From Octopus bimaculoides (lineage: Eukaryota), in assembly GCF_001194135.2 (NCBI RefSeq), contig NC_068986.1, forward strand, positions 107,547,247 to 107,592,367: a stretch of 45,121 nt of DNA. Direction: 5' to 3'. The notes beneath the pieces were generated by a model, which was given only the letters and a program-made list of their open reading frames with translations, ran no database searches and was not told the DNA's origin. Each line of letters starts with the position of its first letter. The first letter of the stretch is position 1. The translations under genes and the position numbers were made by a program. Positions 11,454 to 23,514 of the stretch are shown in pieces.

Positions 11454-12349
11454 ANNNNNNNNNNNNNNNNNNNNNNNNNNNNNNNNNNNNNNNNNNNNNN
11501 NNNNNNNNNNNNNNNNNNNNNNNNNNNNNNNNNNNNNNNNNNNNNNNNNNNNNNNNNNNNNNNNNNNNNNNNNNNNNNNNNNNNNNNNNNNNNNNNNNNN
11601 NNNNNNNNNNNNNNNNNNNNNNNNNNNNNNNNNNNNNNNNNNNNNNNNNNNNNNNNNNNNNNNNNNNNNNNNNNNNNNNNNNNNNNNNNNNNNNNNNNNN
11701 NNNNNNNNNNNNNNNNNNNNNNNNNNNNNNNNNNNNNNNNNNNNNNNNNNNNNNNNNNNNNNNNNNNNNNNNNNNNNNNNNNNNNNNNNNNNNNNNNNNN
11801 NNNNNNNNNNNNNNNNNNNNNNNNNNNNNNNNNNNNNNNNNNNNNNNNNNNNNNNNNNNNNNNNNNNNNNNNNNNNNNNNNNNNNNNNNNNNNNNNNNNN
11901 NNNNNNNNNNNNNNNNNNNNNNNNNNNNNNNNNNNNNNNNNNNNNNNNNNNNNNNNNNNNNNNNNNNNNNNNNNNNNNNNNNNNNNNNNNNNNNNNNNNN
12001 NNNNNNNNNNNNNNNNNNNNNNNNNNNNNNNNNNNNNNNNNNNNNNNNNNNNNNNNNNNNNNNNNNNNNNNNNNNNNNNNNNNNNNNNNNNNNNNNNNNN
12101 NNNNNNNNNNNCAATGGTTGATTACATTAGTTATATCGCTTAAGGAGTTTACAGAAATTTTTTTTGAAATTTCGTAAATGCTTCTTCTTATCATAATTAA
12201 ATTGTTTTCGATTATCGTGTAATTTTCTCTTTGAATATGACTGTTTACGTGGAAAAATTAGGTTAGGTTTTTCGAAAAAGGAAGAAATTAAAGTAGAACC
12301 TAAAACGTATTCTATTTTGTGATTTGGGGAATAACCCAATGATTACATA

Positions 12350-12780
12350 ATTCTTTTCTACTCTAGGCACAAGGCCCGAAATTTTGGGGGAAGGGGCCAG
12401 TCGATTAGATCGACCCAGTACGCAACTGGTACTTAATTTATCGACTCTGTAAGGACGAAAGGCAAAGTTGACCTCGGCAGAATTTGAACTCAGAACGTAG
12501 TGGCAGACAAAATACTGCTAAGCATTTCGCCCGGCATGCTAACGTTTCTTATTTCTTTATTGTCCACAAGGGGCTAAACATAGAGGGGACAGACAAAGAC
12601 AGACAAAGGGATTAAGTCGACTACATCGACCCCAGTGAGTAACTGGTACTTAATTTATTGACCCCGAAATGACGAAGGGCAAAGTCGACCTCGGCGGAAT
12701 TTGAACTCAGAACGTAGTGGCAGACGAAATACTGCTCAGCATTTCGCCCGGCGTGCTAACGTTTCTGCCAGCTCACCGCC
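12350..12780 (-). mobile_element. Two abutting SINE family A copies with different 3' tails
   Basis: 12350-12550 has tail ...cttgtgcctagagtagaa and lacks about 14 nt of head. 12551-12780 has tail ...cccttgtggacaataaagaaat and a complete head. Confidence 0.9.
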
Positions 12781-13084
12781 TTCCAGTAACTGCATAAGTT
12801 CACACTATGATTACACAGCTGTGCTTGTTATCATGGGATGTAGGCACAGCTGTGAGGTTAAGAACTTTGTCCCGTAACCTGGTAGATTCGTGTTCAATCT
12901 CACCATGTGGTTATATACGCAAGTGTATTCCAGGGCTTTGTATTCCAAATGCGTTGTGAATAAAATTTGGTAGAAGGATGTTGTGTAGAAAAGTCTCGTG
13001 CGTGTGTGTGTGTATGTATGTATGTATGCATGTATACATATGCATGTGTGCCTGTGTTTGTTTGTGTATGTACGTACATACAAG

Positions 13085-13262
13085 CAATTTTTAATGAGGT
13101 TGGACAAGTTGATTGCATCGATGCCAGTATCTATTCTAATGACACCAAAGGAATGAAAGGCGAAGTTAACCTCGGCAGGTTTTGAACGCATAACAGAAAG
13201 ATCCGGAAGATAGGATGCGGAGCATTTTGTCCGATATGCTAACGATTCTTCCAGCTCGCAGT
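13085..13262 (-). mobile_element. SINE family A, old copy
   Basis: aaaggcgaagttaacctcggcaggttttgaacgc...gctaacgattcttccagctcgc. Confidence 0.75.
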
Positions 13263-13336
13263 TGTGAGCAAATTCAGATATCAGTTTCTAACTCTCACAG
13301 TCAGATGTTGCTGTAGTGAAGCAAAGGAAGATTTAA

Positions 13337-13785
13337 CCTTTAGCATTCATATTCTTTTCTGCTCTAAGCACAAGGCCCGAAATTATGGGGAATGGGGCCA
13401 GTCGATTAGATCGACCCCAGTATGCAACTTGTACTTAATTTATCGACCCCGAAAGGATAAAAGACGAAGTCGACCTTCGCGGAATTTGAACTCAGAATGT
13501 AAAGACAGACGAAATACCGCTAAGCATTTCGCCAGGCGTGCTAACGATTCCGCCAGCTCGCACCCTTCATTAGTATTCATATTAGTCTGTCAAATATAAT
13601 GTTTAATCATTCACATTGTTTTGAATTAATCATACATTACCTTGTAGCTTTGATATTTCGATGATATGATTGTGTATCTTTAGAACGACATTGTAGGATA
13701 GGTGTGAGAAGCCTGATCTAGTGAGATTAAGCATAAAACGGGTAGAACCTTTGGGCCTGGTATGGCCGGTTTGAATGCTGAAGGA
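13337..13785. mobile_element. piggyBac-like MITE with TTAA target sites
   Basis: ttaa (13333-13336) + cctttagcattca ... tgaatgctgaagga + ttaa (13786-13789). It is interrupted by a SINE. Confidence 0.7.
13354..13569 (-). mobile_element. SINE family A inserted in the piggyBac-like MITE
   Basis: Full-length copy with a 14-bp TSD ttagcattcatatt (13340-13353) / ttagtattcatatt (13570-13583). Confidence 0.9.
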
Positions 13786-13797
13786 TTAAATCTACAC

Positions 13798-14513
13798 GGA
13801 TCTTGTTCAAAACGGGGACACCAGTATTTTCTTAACGAAACACTTTGAAACTTGGGACACTGGTAGAATGTGTCATATAAAACATCTTTTTCTCTTAGTC
13901 TTCTTAACAAAAAAACGTACATCGCAAGTTATTTCATGTTAAAGTTGTCGTATTTCTGTAATTTCAACCAATGACTGACGTCCATTCAGCCGTAAAAATT
14001 AAGTGCTGACTACGTAAACAAACGATTCTCGGCGGTGATAAAATTATTATTTCCTTGTCAAAAAATGACTGAAGCATTTTGGCAGTAGCTAATAAACCTT
14101 TCTATTATAGGCACAAGGCATGGTTTTTGAGGGAAGGAGCNNNNNNNNNNNNNNNNNNNNNNNNNNNNNNNNNNNNNNNNNNNNNNNNNNNNNNNNNNNN
14201 NNNNNNNNNNNNNTAGGGAAAACGAACACACATGTGTTGCCTCTGCAAAATGTCAAAAGTAATGGAGATTAAATACGCTTTACACCGCTTAAAGTGCCAA
14301 AGGAGTAAGTATAAACAGCTGAATACTTGTCAGTGCTTGGTTGAAATTATCGAAATAAGACAATTTTTTACATGAAATAAATTCGAATACAAAATTTTTT
14401 TTCTGTTCTATAACACAAAATAGATAAGTATACGAAGTTTGAAAGTCTTTCGGTACCAAAAACACTACATAAAACATAAATGAAAACTGGTGCCCCCGTT
14501 TTGAACAAGATCC
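13798..14513. mobile_element. Non-autonomous TIR element, GG-ended TIRs with 8-bp TSD (Merlin-like)
   Basis: 28-bp TIRs ggatcttgttcaaaacggggacaccagt (13798-13825) / actggtgcccccgttttgaacaagatcc (14486-14513). Perfect TSD atctacac at 13790-13797 and 14514-14521. Confidence 0.9.
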
Positions 14514-15569
14514 ATCTACACCTATAACAAACGACTCTATTACTTACCGTTTACAATCTAAAATTAAAATTAGAACGTAATTATAAATTCAGTGCAAGTG
14601 CTAGTGTGTTCTCTTGTTATAAAATTCAACACTCGCTTTCTTGACTATTTTCAGTCAAACGACAAATTTTCAGTCAAACGATAAAAATCACAAAAAAGTT
14701 TTTAAAATATTTAAATGAATAAGGAAACAATGGCGTTTGATAATATGTAAAATTAAACAGAATTTTAACTACGGTGGAGTCTTATTAATAAAATATAACA
14801 TCATAGGAAACGAATTATTGTTTTGGGAAGAAAACAAATTAAATCTATTTGTAGTGAGAAAGTTTAGATATTTCAATATACATGAAGTATAAGAGGGCGT
14901 TCGTTGTGAAGAGAGATGCATAAATTACACAACAGTATTTTGTAATAGTAGTAGATGTTCACTATGTCGTAGTTAGCAACTAAAAACAATTGACCGCCTA
15001 CGTCTGATCACGAGGTTCATGTTTCGATTCCGCTCAACAGCAATTTTGACAAGTAACTTTTATCCTAACTTCGAATTGACGTGATTGTAAGTCAAATTTG
15101 GAGGGGAAATTGTACGGACCTCAGGCTCATACACTTAGCGTGTTGATGCGTCTCCTGACTTAATAACCCCACATGACATTTGATGCCTTCTGCAGAAGCA
15201 ATTCCGTTGTAAGTATTCTGACGCATTAATGTGTTGTTGTTATTGTCTTTTTTTTTTTTTTTTGTAGCAATCTGTGAAGTGTGATTTCGGCTCTCCATTC
15301 TAGTGTCTGAACCCCTATAAAAAATCATGGGTGTTTACCTCCCTATTTTGAGCTTCAGAAAAAAAGATATGTATAAAATATGTAGATACATTAGAGTCAA
15401 TAGATTGGACAAGATTTTCCCGGAACCACCTGGGAAACTCTGCTATTCAAACTATCAAAATATGAAGATGAACTTCTCAAGACAGCTTATACAAAAAGAT
15501 GAGGTGAAGCAGTGTCCTTTATCGTCTCCATCCCTCAGATTAAATAATCACTATCGTGGTGATACAACG

Positions 15570-15780
15570 GTTTCAAATTTTCTGGCATGGGATCAGCAGT
15601 TTATGATGGGAGGGTGATGTCGTTTACATCACCCCGCGTACTTGACTGGTACTTAATTTATCCATCCCGAAGGATGAAAGGCAAAGTTGACATCGATGGA
15701 ATTTGAGCTCAGAACATAAAGACGGACGAAATACCGCAAAGTATTTTGTCTAGTATACAAACGGTTCTTCCAGCTCTCCG
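15570..15780 (-). mobile_element. SINE family A
   Basis: ctggtacttaatttatc...gaaaggcaaagttgac...ggaatttgagctcagaac. Confidence 0.8.
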
Positions 15781-16879
15781 TATTTCGTGGTTGTATGATA
15801 ATTATCGAGCTACAATTAATTTGAAATGGAAGATGTATGCAAATGAATAATTAAGATAATGGACAGAACGTAGAAATTAATGAAGATACTGTTGACATGC
15901 CATAAAAATGGACATTCAGAATGCAAAACAATGGCCCTTTTAGTCACAATTCAGATTCTGTGAAGGTCATACAATAACATCATTTTCACCTTATATATTC
16001 AGTAGAGCAACTTAATACGTTCTCTGCACACAACGCAAAACCTATGCCAGCATCCGGCAACCTTCCCGACCGATAACATACTAAATAAGGCACAAAACAT
16101 GAGACAGCACACCATCGGATTTTTAAAACTGTTATATAAAAAAACGAATGTTCAAATTGTTTTAATATAATTTTTTGTTTAAAAACGAAGTGATTTCGAA
16201 AGAATTTTTCCCTAATCTTTGTTTTAAACAAAGAATATCACATGAAATTGATGTATTGGCCCACATCAGTGGCTTTTCCTTTGGTTAACATACAGTTAAA
16301 AGATGAGACATGCATGAACAACTGACAATTTTTGTCAACTGTATCTCTTCCAGGCCTGTGCATACATGTGCAAATACATAGACAACAATGACTGATGGTT
16401 AATTTGCCCTCAAAATTATGTTTTCTTTTTTTAAATATCTTGATATCATATCTGAAAGAATTCCAGTTCACTTTAAGAACTCACAGAACACCTACGGACT
16501 TTATGCGGCGCACATGTGTTGCGCAGTATGGGCGCTGGAGATTTTGGTCTTATGTTGTAACCACCCTATAAAATAACACAACTTCACTTAACGCATACTC
16601 TAGGGAATCACCGCTAAATAATACAACACAAACCTGGCTCTAGACATTTACAAATCAATTAGCACAACTCATGTTCTTACATAATCGATACACAAAATAA
16701 TAGCACCAACAACTCACATACAGCACAGCTGCAAAACGTTAATACAGGGCGTCACGGCAGATACTCTACACAGTCACCAAAAAACATTAAGAATACAGCA
16801 GCAATCGCACAGCGCAAGTAATACTCGTCGGAAATTGAGATCAGCACCACCCAAAATGTGTTCGAAGCAGTGACAGAAG

Positions 16880-17270
16880 CAAAGATTAAGCATGGGAAGT
16901 CGGTGGGACTGCAGCTCGATATGTGGAAAACAGGTGCATGCCACCCAACAGCGTCATGGCACGTTGGATGGAAGGACCACTTAAATTACTTGGGATCTGG
17001 TTTGGTCCGGAACACCAGGTAAGCAAGAATTGTTGGGAGTTGACGAAAAGGGTGGCCAGTCTCACGCAGAAATGGAGCGAGAGGAAGCTGTCCCAGAACT
17101 ACTGGGCGAAGGTAGCGAATGCGTACATCGCCTCCGTCATCTACTACCGCCTGACCGTCGTCCCTTGCTCTGCTGCGGTGCTGACCAAGCAGGGACGCTT
17201 ATTCTTCTGCTGTCTTTAGAAGGAACAGGACCCGCTTGTCGGACGGTCCATTTTCTGTCAGCAGGAGTTT
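16880..17270 (+). mobile_element. L1/Tx1-clade LINE ORF2 fragment (thumb/post-RT region)
   Basis: WMEGPLKLLGIWFG...CW...WSERKLS...KVANAYIASVIYYRLTVVP...RLFFCCL*KEQDPLVGRS, cf. the Tx1-type KxLGVWFG, WxxRxLS and FxFLWxG motifs. The segment is GC-rich relative to its flanks. Confidence 0.75.
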
Positions 17271-17510
17271 CAGCAACTCGTCTCATTGACGAAGCTGTAG
17301 CCCTGGATCTGGTGTACACCGAGCCTTGACACTTTGAGTGTTGCCAAACGCTCACAGTCCTCTACCAACCAGTAGGGACAAAGGGCCAATGGAAGTTGTA
17401 CCTCGAGATTTATAGATTGGTGGCGAGTAAAAGCAATGACGGCACTAGTAGTAGTAGTGTCAGAAACAGCGTCCGTCAACAGTTTGCTTGCTCATCTTGA
17501 ACTAAACATC

Positions 17511-17554
17511 AATCGAAGGAGCAATCGAAGGAGCAATCGAAGGAGCAATCGAAG
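17511..17554 (+). repeat. 12-bp tandem repeat (aatcgaaggagc) x about 3.7
   Basis: Directly visible; no spacers. Confidence 0.9.
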
Positions 17555-17669
17555 TATCGAAAAGAAAATGGTATCGAGTGTTACCTTACCAAGAGTAAAC
17601 CTACTGACTACTCGTATCCACACGAATGTGGTTTACAAACACCGAACTGTGGCAAGTAATAATTTGGTC

Positions 17670-17842
17670 GAATTTGGGACAAACGTTGATGGCGGGGTGG
17701 AATCCATTGACGCCTGTATTCAACTAATACTTGTTTTATCAGAGAAAAGCAGAGTCGACCTCGTTGGTATTTGAACTCGGAACGTAAAGAACTGAAAGGA
17801 ATGCTGCTAGATTTCGACCAGTGCGGTAACGATTTTGCTCGC
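17670..17842 (-). mobile_element. SINE family A, old copy
   Basis: agagtcgacctcgttggtatttgaactcggaacgtaaag. Confidence 0.7.
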
Positions 17843-18592
17843 CAACTTTGGGGCATGTTAGAAGAAATGCTTGCCCAGGCATAACCTGGCGCTCTACAGG
17901 CTTTTTCGACCGAAAATAGGTAGACGCCTAACAATCATTTCTCTTATTAAAAATAACTTTTTTCATCGATGAGTTCTTGAAAATTGGTTATTTTCCCTAA
18001 AACTATATATTTTATATATACTTTATCTATAAGGCTCAATTTAATTTTAATTTTTTATAAATTGATTTTAATTGAGTTTTTTACCTGTAATTTTGGATTT
18101 TGTCCCTAATATNNNNNNNNNNNNNNNNNNNNNNNNNNNNNNNNNNNNNNNNNNNNNNNNNNNNNNNNNNNNNNNNNNNNNNNNNNNNNNNNNNNNNNNN
18201 NNNNNNNNNNNNNNNNNNNNNNNNNNNNNNNNNNNNNNNNNNNNNNNNNNNNNNNNNNNNNNNNNNNNNNNNNNNNNNNNNNNNNNNNNNNNNNNNNNNN
18301 NNNNNNNNNNNNNNNNNNNNNNNNNNNNNNNNNNNNNNNNNNNNNNNNNNNNNNNNNNNNNNNNNNNNNNNNNNNNNNNNNNNNNNNNNNNNNNNNNNNN
18401 NNNNNNNNNNNNNNNNNNNNNNNNNNNNNNNNNNNNNNNNNNNNNNNNNNNNNNNNNNNNNNNNNNNNNNNNNNNNNNNNNNNNNNNNNNNNNNNNNNNN
18501 NNNNNNNNNNNNNNNNNNNNNNNNNNNNNNNNNNNNNNNNNNNNNNACATACATATACACACACACACATACATATACACACACACACATAC

Positions 18593-18666
<74 letters not shown>

Positions 18667-19068
18667 GCAGATGTATGTATATAGACATATATATGGGGGC
18701 GGGATGTACGAGTGTGTGGAAATATATATATGTATATATGTCTGTTTTTAAGTATTGTTTCTAAATTATCCGTTTGCCTTTGTTTAACCAAACGGCTTAA
18801 TACGCAGCATAAGCAAATATCGAGTTATACTAGATTTGTAATACAAGTAAATATTTCATATCTACTTTATATGCACAGTAAACGACGTCAAATGCATAAT
18901 TCATACATACACAATTATTGAATCTAAAAGTGACTAGCGGCGGTCATGTGTGAAAAGGTCAAATACAACTATGTATTACACACACATACACACACATGCG
19001 TGTGTGTGTGTGAATGTATGTAGGCACGTATGTATATATATATATATATATATATATANNNNNNNNNN

Positions 19069-19116
<48 letters not shown>

Positions 19117-19261
19117 GTACAACGAAATCGCATTAAATTATAATGGCCGTTCGGTGTGTATACATTCTGACATGATACACAAATGCCAATATACATATAT
19201 AGATATATAGAATTGGCGCACACAGACACATATTGATAGTGTGTATATGTATATTTTATAT

Positions 19262-19770
19262 AGGAGTGGCTGTGTTGTAAGTAGCTTGCTTAACCAACCA
19301 CATGGTTCCGGGTTCATTCCCACTGCGTGACACTTTGGGCAAGTGTGTTCTACTATAGCCTCGGGCCGACCAAAGTCTTGTGAGTGGATTTGGTAGACGG
19401 AAACTGAAAGAAGCCCGTCGTATATATGTATATATATATGTGTATGTGTGTGTGTGTGTGTGTGTGTGCGTGCGTGTATATGATAGTGTGTCTGTGTTTG
19501 TCCCCCCCCCAGCATCGGTTGACAACCGATGCTAGCGTGTTTACGTCCCCGTAACTTAGCGGTTCGGCAAAAGGAACCGATAGAATAATTACTAAGCTTC
19601 CAAAGAATAAGTCCTGGAGTCGATTTGCTCGACTAAAGGCGGTGCTCCAGNNNNNNNNNNATAATTACTAAGCTTCCAAAGAATAAGTCCTGGAGTCGAT
19701 TTGCTCGACTAAAGGCGGTGCTCCAGCATGGCCGCAGTCAAATGACTGAAACAAGTAAGAGAGTAAAAGA
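19262..19770 (+). mobile_element. SINE family B, full length with internal microsatellite
   Basis: A-box-like tggctgtgttg, B-box ggttcattcc, body ccttg/cttgtgagtggatttggtagacggaaactg, internal (TA)/(TG) tract at 19421-19490, and 3' part ending gcagtcaaatgactgaaacaagtaagagagtaaaaga. Confidence 0.9.
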
Positions 19771-19825
19771 GTATGTGTGTGTGTGTGTGTGTGTGTGTAT
19801 ACAATCACACATTCATAAAAACATA

Positions 19826-19826
19826 A

Positions 19827-19863
<37 letters not shown>
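19826..19863 (+). repeat. (GATA)n microsatellite
   Basis: Directly visible. Confidence 0.95.
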
Positions 19864-20243
19864 AAGAAAATAACGAAACCTATCAGTTCCATCACAAGAA
19901 TATTAGATTTGGGAAGGTTTCTTATTTCCGCTTCTGCTGAAGTCCGATTCCGTTAACAAATCAAATAGTCATCGGTTCCAAATTTTTACGGAAAAATGAT
20001 ACACCGTCTCTAAAAATTATTTAAAATAAACAAGGAGGAGCACTTGGAAAACCTACTAGAAGTTATGCTTTGTATATTCTAAGAATAGGTTTAAGTAAAT
20101 TTTATTGTGTCTGGGGAGAGTCATTCTCTTTCAGCGCCATATTAATTTAACACACTGACCGATTTCCACTCATTTACTTATTTATTTTTACTAAAATTTT
20201 CGCTTGCGACTTGCAACATTTTCAATAGTCGTTTACTCTTATA

Positions 20244-20632
20244 TGTTGTTGTTGGCACTCCGTCGCTTACGACGTCGAGGGTTCCAGTTGATCCGATCAA
20301 CGGAACAGCCTGCTCGTGAAATTAACGTGCAAGTGGATGAGCACTCCACAGACACGTGTATCCTTAACGTAGTTCTCGGGGATATTCAGCGTGACACAGT
20401 GTGACAAGGCTGACCCTTTGAATTACAGGCACAACAGAAACAGGAAGTAAGCGTGAAAGAAAGTTGTGGTGAAAGAGTACAGCAGGGTTCGCCACCATCC
20501 CCTGCCGGAGCCTCGTGGAGCTTTTAGGTGTTTTCACTCAATAAACACTCACAACGCCCGGTCTGGGAATCGAAACCGCGATCCTATGACCGCGAGTCCG
20601 CTGCCCTAACCACTGGGCCATTGCGCCTCCAC
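20244..20632 (-). mobile_element. SINE family C, full length
   Basis: Minus head GGCGCAATGGCCCAGTGGTTAGGGCAGCGGAC...GGTTTCGATTCCCAG with A and B boxes. The body closely matches 25530-25749. Confidence 0.9.
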
Positions 20633-20724
20633 ATTCATATATAATACTAAAGATATTAAGTCTGATTCAAAAACAATGAAATCTAAGCATGAAAGAGACC
20701 TCCCCCCACACACGCACACACTTC

Positions 20725-21058
20725 AAAGTAGGGTGTGAGGTTAAGCGGCTCAATTTGTAAACATGTAGTTTCGAGTTCGGTCCCATTATGCGGCGCTCTG
20801 GACAAGAACCGAGTAAAATATCCTGAGGATGACCAATACTTTATAAGTGAATGTTATAGCTGGAAACTGTGGAAGCATTTTGTGTGTGCATGGGTGAGTG
20901 TGTGTCTTTATGTTTTTATTTGACCCCCTTCATCGCTTGACAGTGGTGTTGGTGTCTTAAAAAATTATAAGTACTAGGGTCGATTTGTTCGACTAAGTAC
21001 TTTATGACGGTATCCCAGCATAGCCGCAGTCTAATGACTGAAACAAGTAAGAAAAAGT
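20725..21058 (+). mobile_element. SINE family B, old copy
   Basis: Degenerate head, ggaaactgtggaagc, TG-rich spacer and 3' ccagcatagccgcagtctaatgactgaaacaagtaagaa. Confidence 0.75.
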
Positions 21059-21239
21059 AATCGTAAAAGCTAACAGTGTGCAGAACACACTAGACATCTT
21101 GGTCATTAACTTGTGCATCTGTATAATGAATAGAAAGTGGTCAAAATGGTCTGCATATGCAAGCCGAAAAGCTACTTACGGCAATGCAAAAAGTTGAAAG
21201 TATTTTATAAACATTCGTTCAGAGAGGATTGCAACTGAC

Positions 21240-22550
21240 AGCAATAGAGAACTATTATAAAACCATTAGAAAAATATTCAGAAGGAAGTATGAGTGGTCG
21301 GATTAATATAGAAGGCAAAGAAATAGAACTACTTTTCTCTCTGCAAAGAGAAGCAATATAAGTCAAACTAGCAATAAATGTACAAAACTGACTTCCGCTT
21401 AAGACAAACCAACAGAAAATGGAAGCATAAACCAGTAAAAAAATATATACAAAAGAGAGTCGTCTGTGTGCCACACTTAATGCAAATACATCAGGAAAAA
21501 GCAAATTTATTGTGGTATTTTTCCAGAGATAATATCTCTTATGGACTTAAGGTAGTGAACTGGCAGGATTGCTAGCACGCCGGGTAAAGTGCATAGTGGT
21601 TTTTACGTTCTGAGTTCAAATTTCGCCATGGCCGGACATTGCCTTTCATCTTTTTGGTGTCGATAAAATAAGTACCAGCTGAGCACAGAGGTCGATGTAA
21701 TCGATTTAGCTCCTCCCCCGAAATTTCTGGTCTTGTGCTGAAATTTCAACCCATATCTCTTACGAATTTATTATGTTTAAAATTCAGTCGGACAGTTCCA
21801 ACGCCAATGATTGAGCAATCACCGGAGAAGCAAATTAGCTAAAGCAGCATATTTCATCTTAGCCGGCAGTTAGCAGTGAGTACGTACAACAAACAAAGGT
21901 TAAAAAAACTCAAAAGCTCATTTACTATTCTCCCGGACGATTTTAGTTTTTGAAAACAGCACGTCCATAAGAGATATTATCTCCAGACAAATAGCAAAGT
22001 AATTATGTTTTATCGCGATTTATTGTAGATCGCTGTTTTAATTTGATATTGCTTTTGTTATATATAATGGGTACCAAAGATGAATTAATATACATGAAAC
22101 AGCATTACATTAAATCATCGGTGTGTACAAAATTTATAGTGTACATACAAAAGTGGAACAGCACTATCTGTAATATTTTGTCTCGGAGGAACTTCTCAAA
22201 GAGACTTGCATATTAAAGAAACACATGACTTCGTTCAGAATGCCGGTAGATAATATGAAAGCATAAACACACAAAAGAGCAAATATATTGAGACAAAATC
22301 ATTTTAGCATCCTGCAAAAGTAAACAGAGATGAATTGAGTCGATATGAATGCAAACAATAGCAGAAAATCTGTAGACGTAAGGTAGGAAAGGAATGTCTG
22401 ATTTTTAACAGTACACGATCAATGGCAACTCACAGACATCTAGCAAAATAACGAATTGAACAAGATGCTAATATCATCGGTAGACCAAGCAATCAATAAA
22501 AAGAAACAATGGACAAACTATCTCAAAGACAGAATAGATCCACATTCATG
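21240..22550 (+). mobile_element. Degenerate RTE-like LINE RT/C-terminus interrupted by a SINE
   Basis: LEKYSEGSMSGRIN..KEIELL, KLAIN and QKME before the SINE at 21551. Downstream HLAK*RIEQ...GRPSNQ*KKQWTNYLKD resembles the RTE terminal GLAKxIxQG...GRxxKxWxDNI. Confidence 0.45.
21551..21750 (+). mobile_element. SINE family A
   Basis: gaactggcaggattgctagcacgccggg...gagttcaaattt...gtcgataaaataagtaccag. Confidence 0.85.
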
Positions 22551-22756
22551 ACTATATGATAATATGCATAAACACCCACAACATAACTGAAAATAGCTTA
22601 AGCATGCTAGAAAGCAGGTCTGTAACTATAAAAGTACATTTCCCAAATCTCCCAAGCAAGTCCCGTTTATCTCATACATCAACATACAGGTGCATCTCGC
22701 TCCGGATTTTCTCTCCTCAATCAGCTGAGCTGTATTCAACATCAGACTAAATATTG

Positions 22757-22957
22757 GTTTCAAATTTTGGCACAAAGTCGGTAATTTCGGGAGAGTGGGG
22801 TAAGTCGATTACATCGACCCCTGTGCTCAACTTGTAGTTATTAAACTAACCCCAGTAGGATGAAAGGCAATGTCAACATCTGGAGAATTTAAACTCAGAA
22901 CGTAAAGACGCTAAGCATTTTTCCCAGCGTACTAACGAATCTGCTAGTTCGCCGCCT
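22757..22957 (-). mobile_element. SINE family A
   Basis: ttggcacaaagtc...gtcgattacatcgacccc...aactcagaacgtaaag...tagttcgccgcc. Confidence 0.85.
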
Positions 22958-23433
22958 TAACATAAAACCAAATATTATCAAGAATGATTTTGTCTCGAAT
23001 ATATTGTCAAAGATGCTATGATAGATTCTGTCAAACAATTGTGAAGGATATAATCCGAAGTTTATTCGGTCTAAATTGCGACATTGGAGGCCAGCGTTTT
23101 ATTTATACACTATCTCTATTGAATCCGGTCTGGCTAATTTGATCGCGTATCGAAATAACAGGAGTACATAGCATTCACAAGCCCCAATACGGTGAAATGT
23201 ACACCTGCTGTTCTCGCAGTCACATCCGAGGTGATTCCGTTTCGCCTAGCTCTAAAGTACATTCTGTTTTTTTAAATCCCTACGTCTATAATAGGATTGT
23301 TCCTGGACGATGCAATGAACAGACTTTATGATTTTATGTATAATATGTCACTACAATTGTTTCCACACATCAATATCAACTGGTAATTGCTGAATGTTAC
23401 CTATATTATACAAATGATTGCATTAATATGATA

Positions 23434-23514
23434 CAACAATAGCTGTATAGATACGCGTCTTCATGCTGGTAGGGTCAAAATCACTGAAGACGTGCATGTA
23501 TAGAGCTATCGTTG
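23434..23514. other. 81-nt near-perfect hairpin
   Basis: 30-nt arms caacaatagctgtatagatacgcgtcttca / tgaagacgtgcatgtatagagctatcgttg pair at 25/30 Watson-Crick positions, around a 21-nt loop. Confidence 0.7.

Noticed and set aside
11289-12194. Long ORF-track entries spanning N runs (also 18068-18791, 23692-24257, 30781-31396, 39878-40349)
   Set aside because: Their length comes from X codons and microsatellite translations (IYIY, THTH, CVCV).
13855-13870. cactggtagaat similarity to miR-183/263 family sequence
   Set aside because: It is only a partial match inside a MITE arm with no hairpin.
15986-16231. WCAVS motif suggesting a Tc1-like transposase
   Set aside because: No other transposase motifs or TIRs are nearby.
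19585-19726. 66-bp exact direct repeat on both sides of a 10-N gap
   Set aside because: An identical overlap of contig ends, i.e. an assembly artefact.
20560-20627. tRNA-like sequence with A and B boxes (and similar heads elsewhere)
   Set aside because: It continues into a SINE body present in multiple copies, and no complete cloverleaf is evident.
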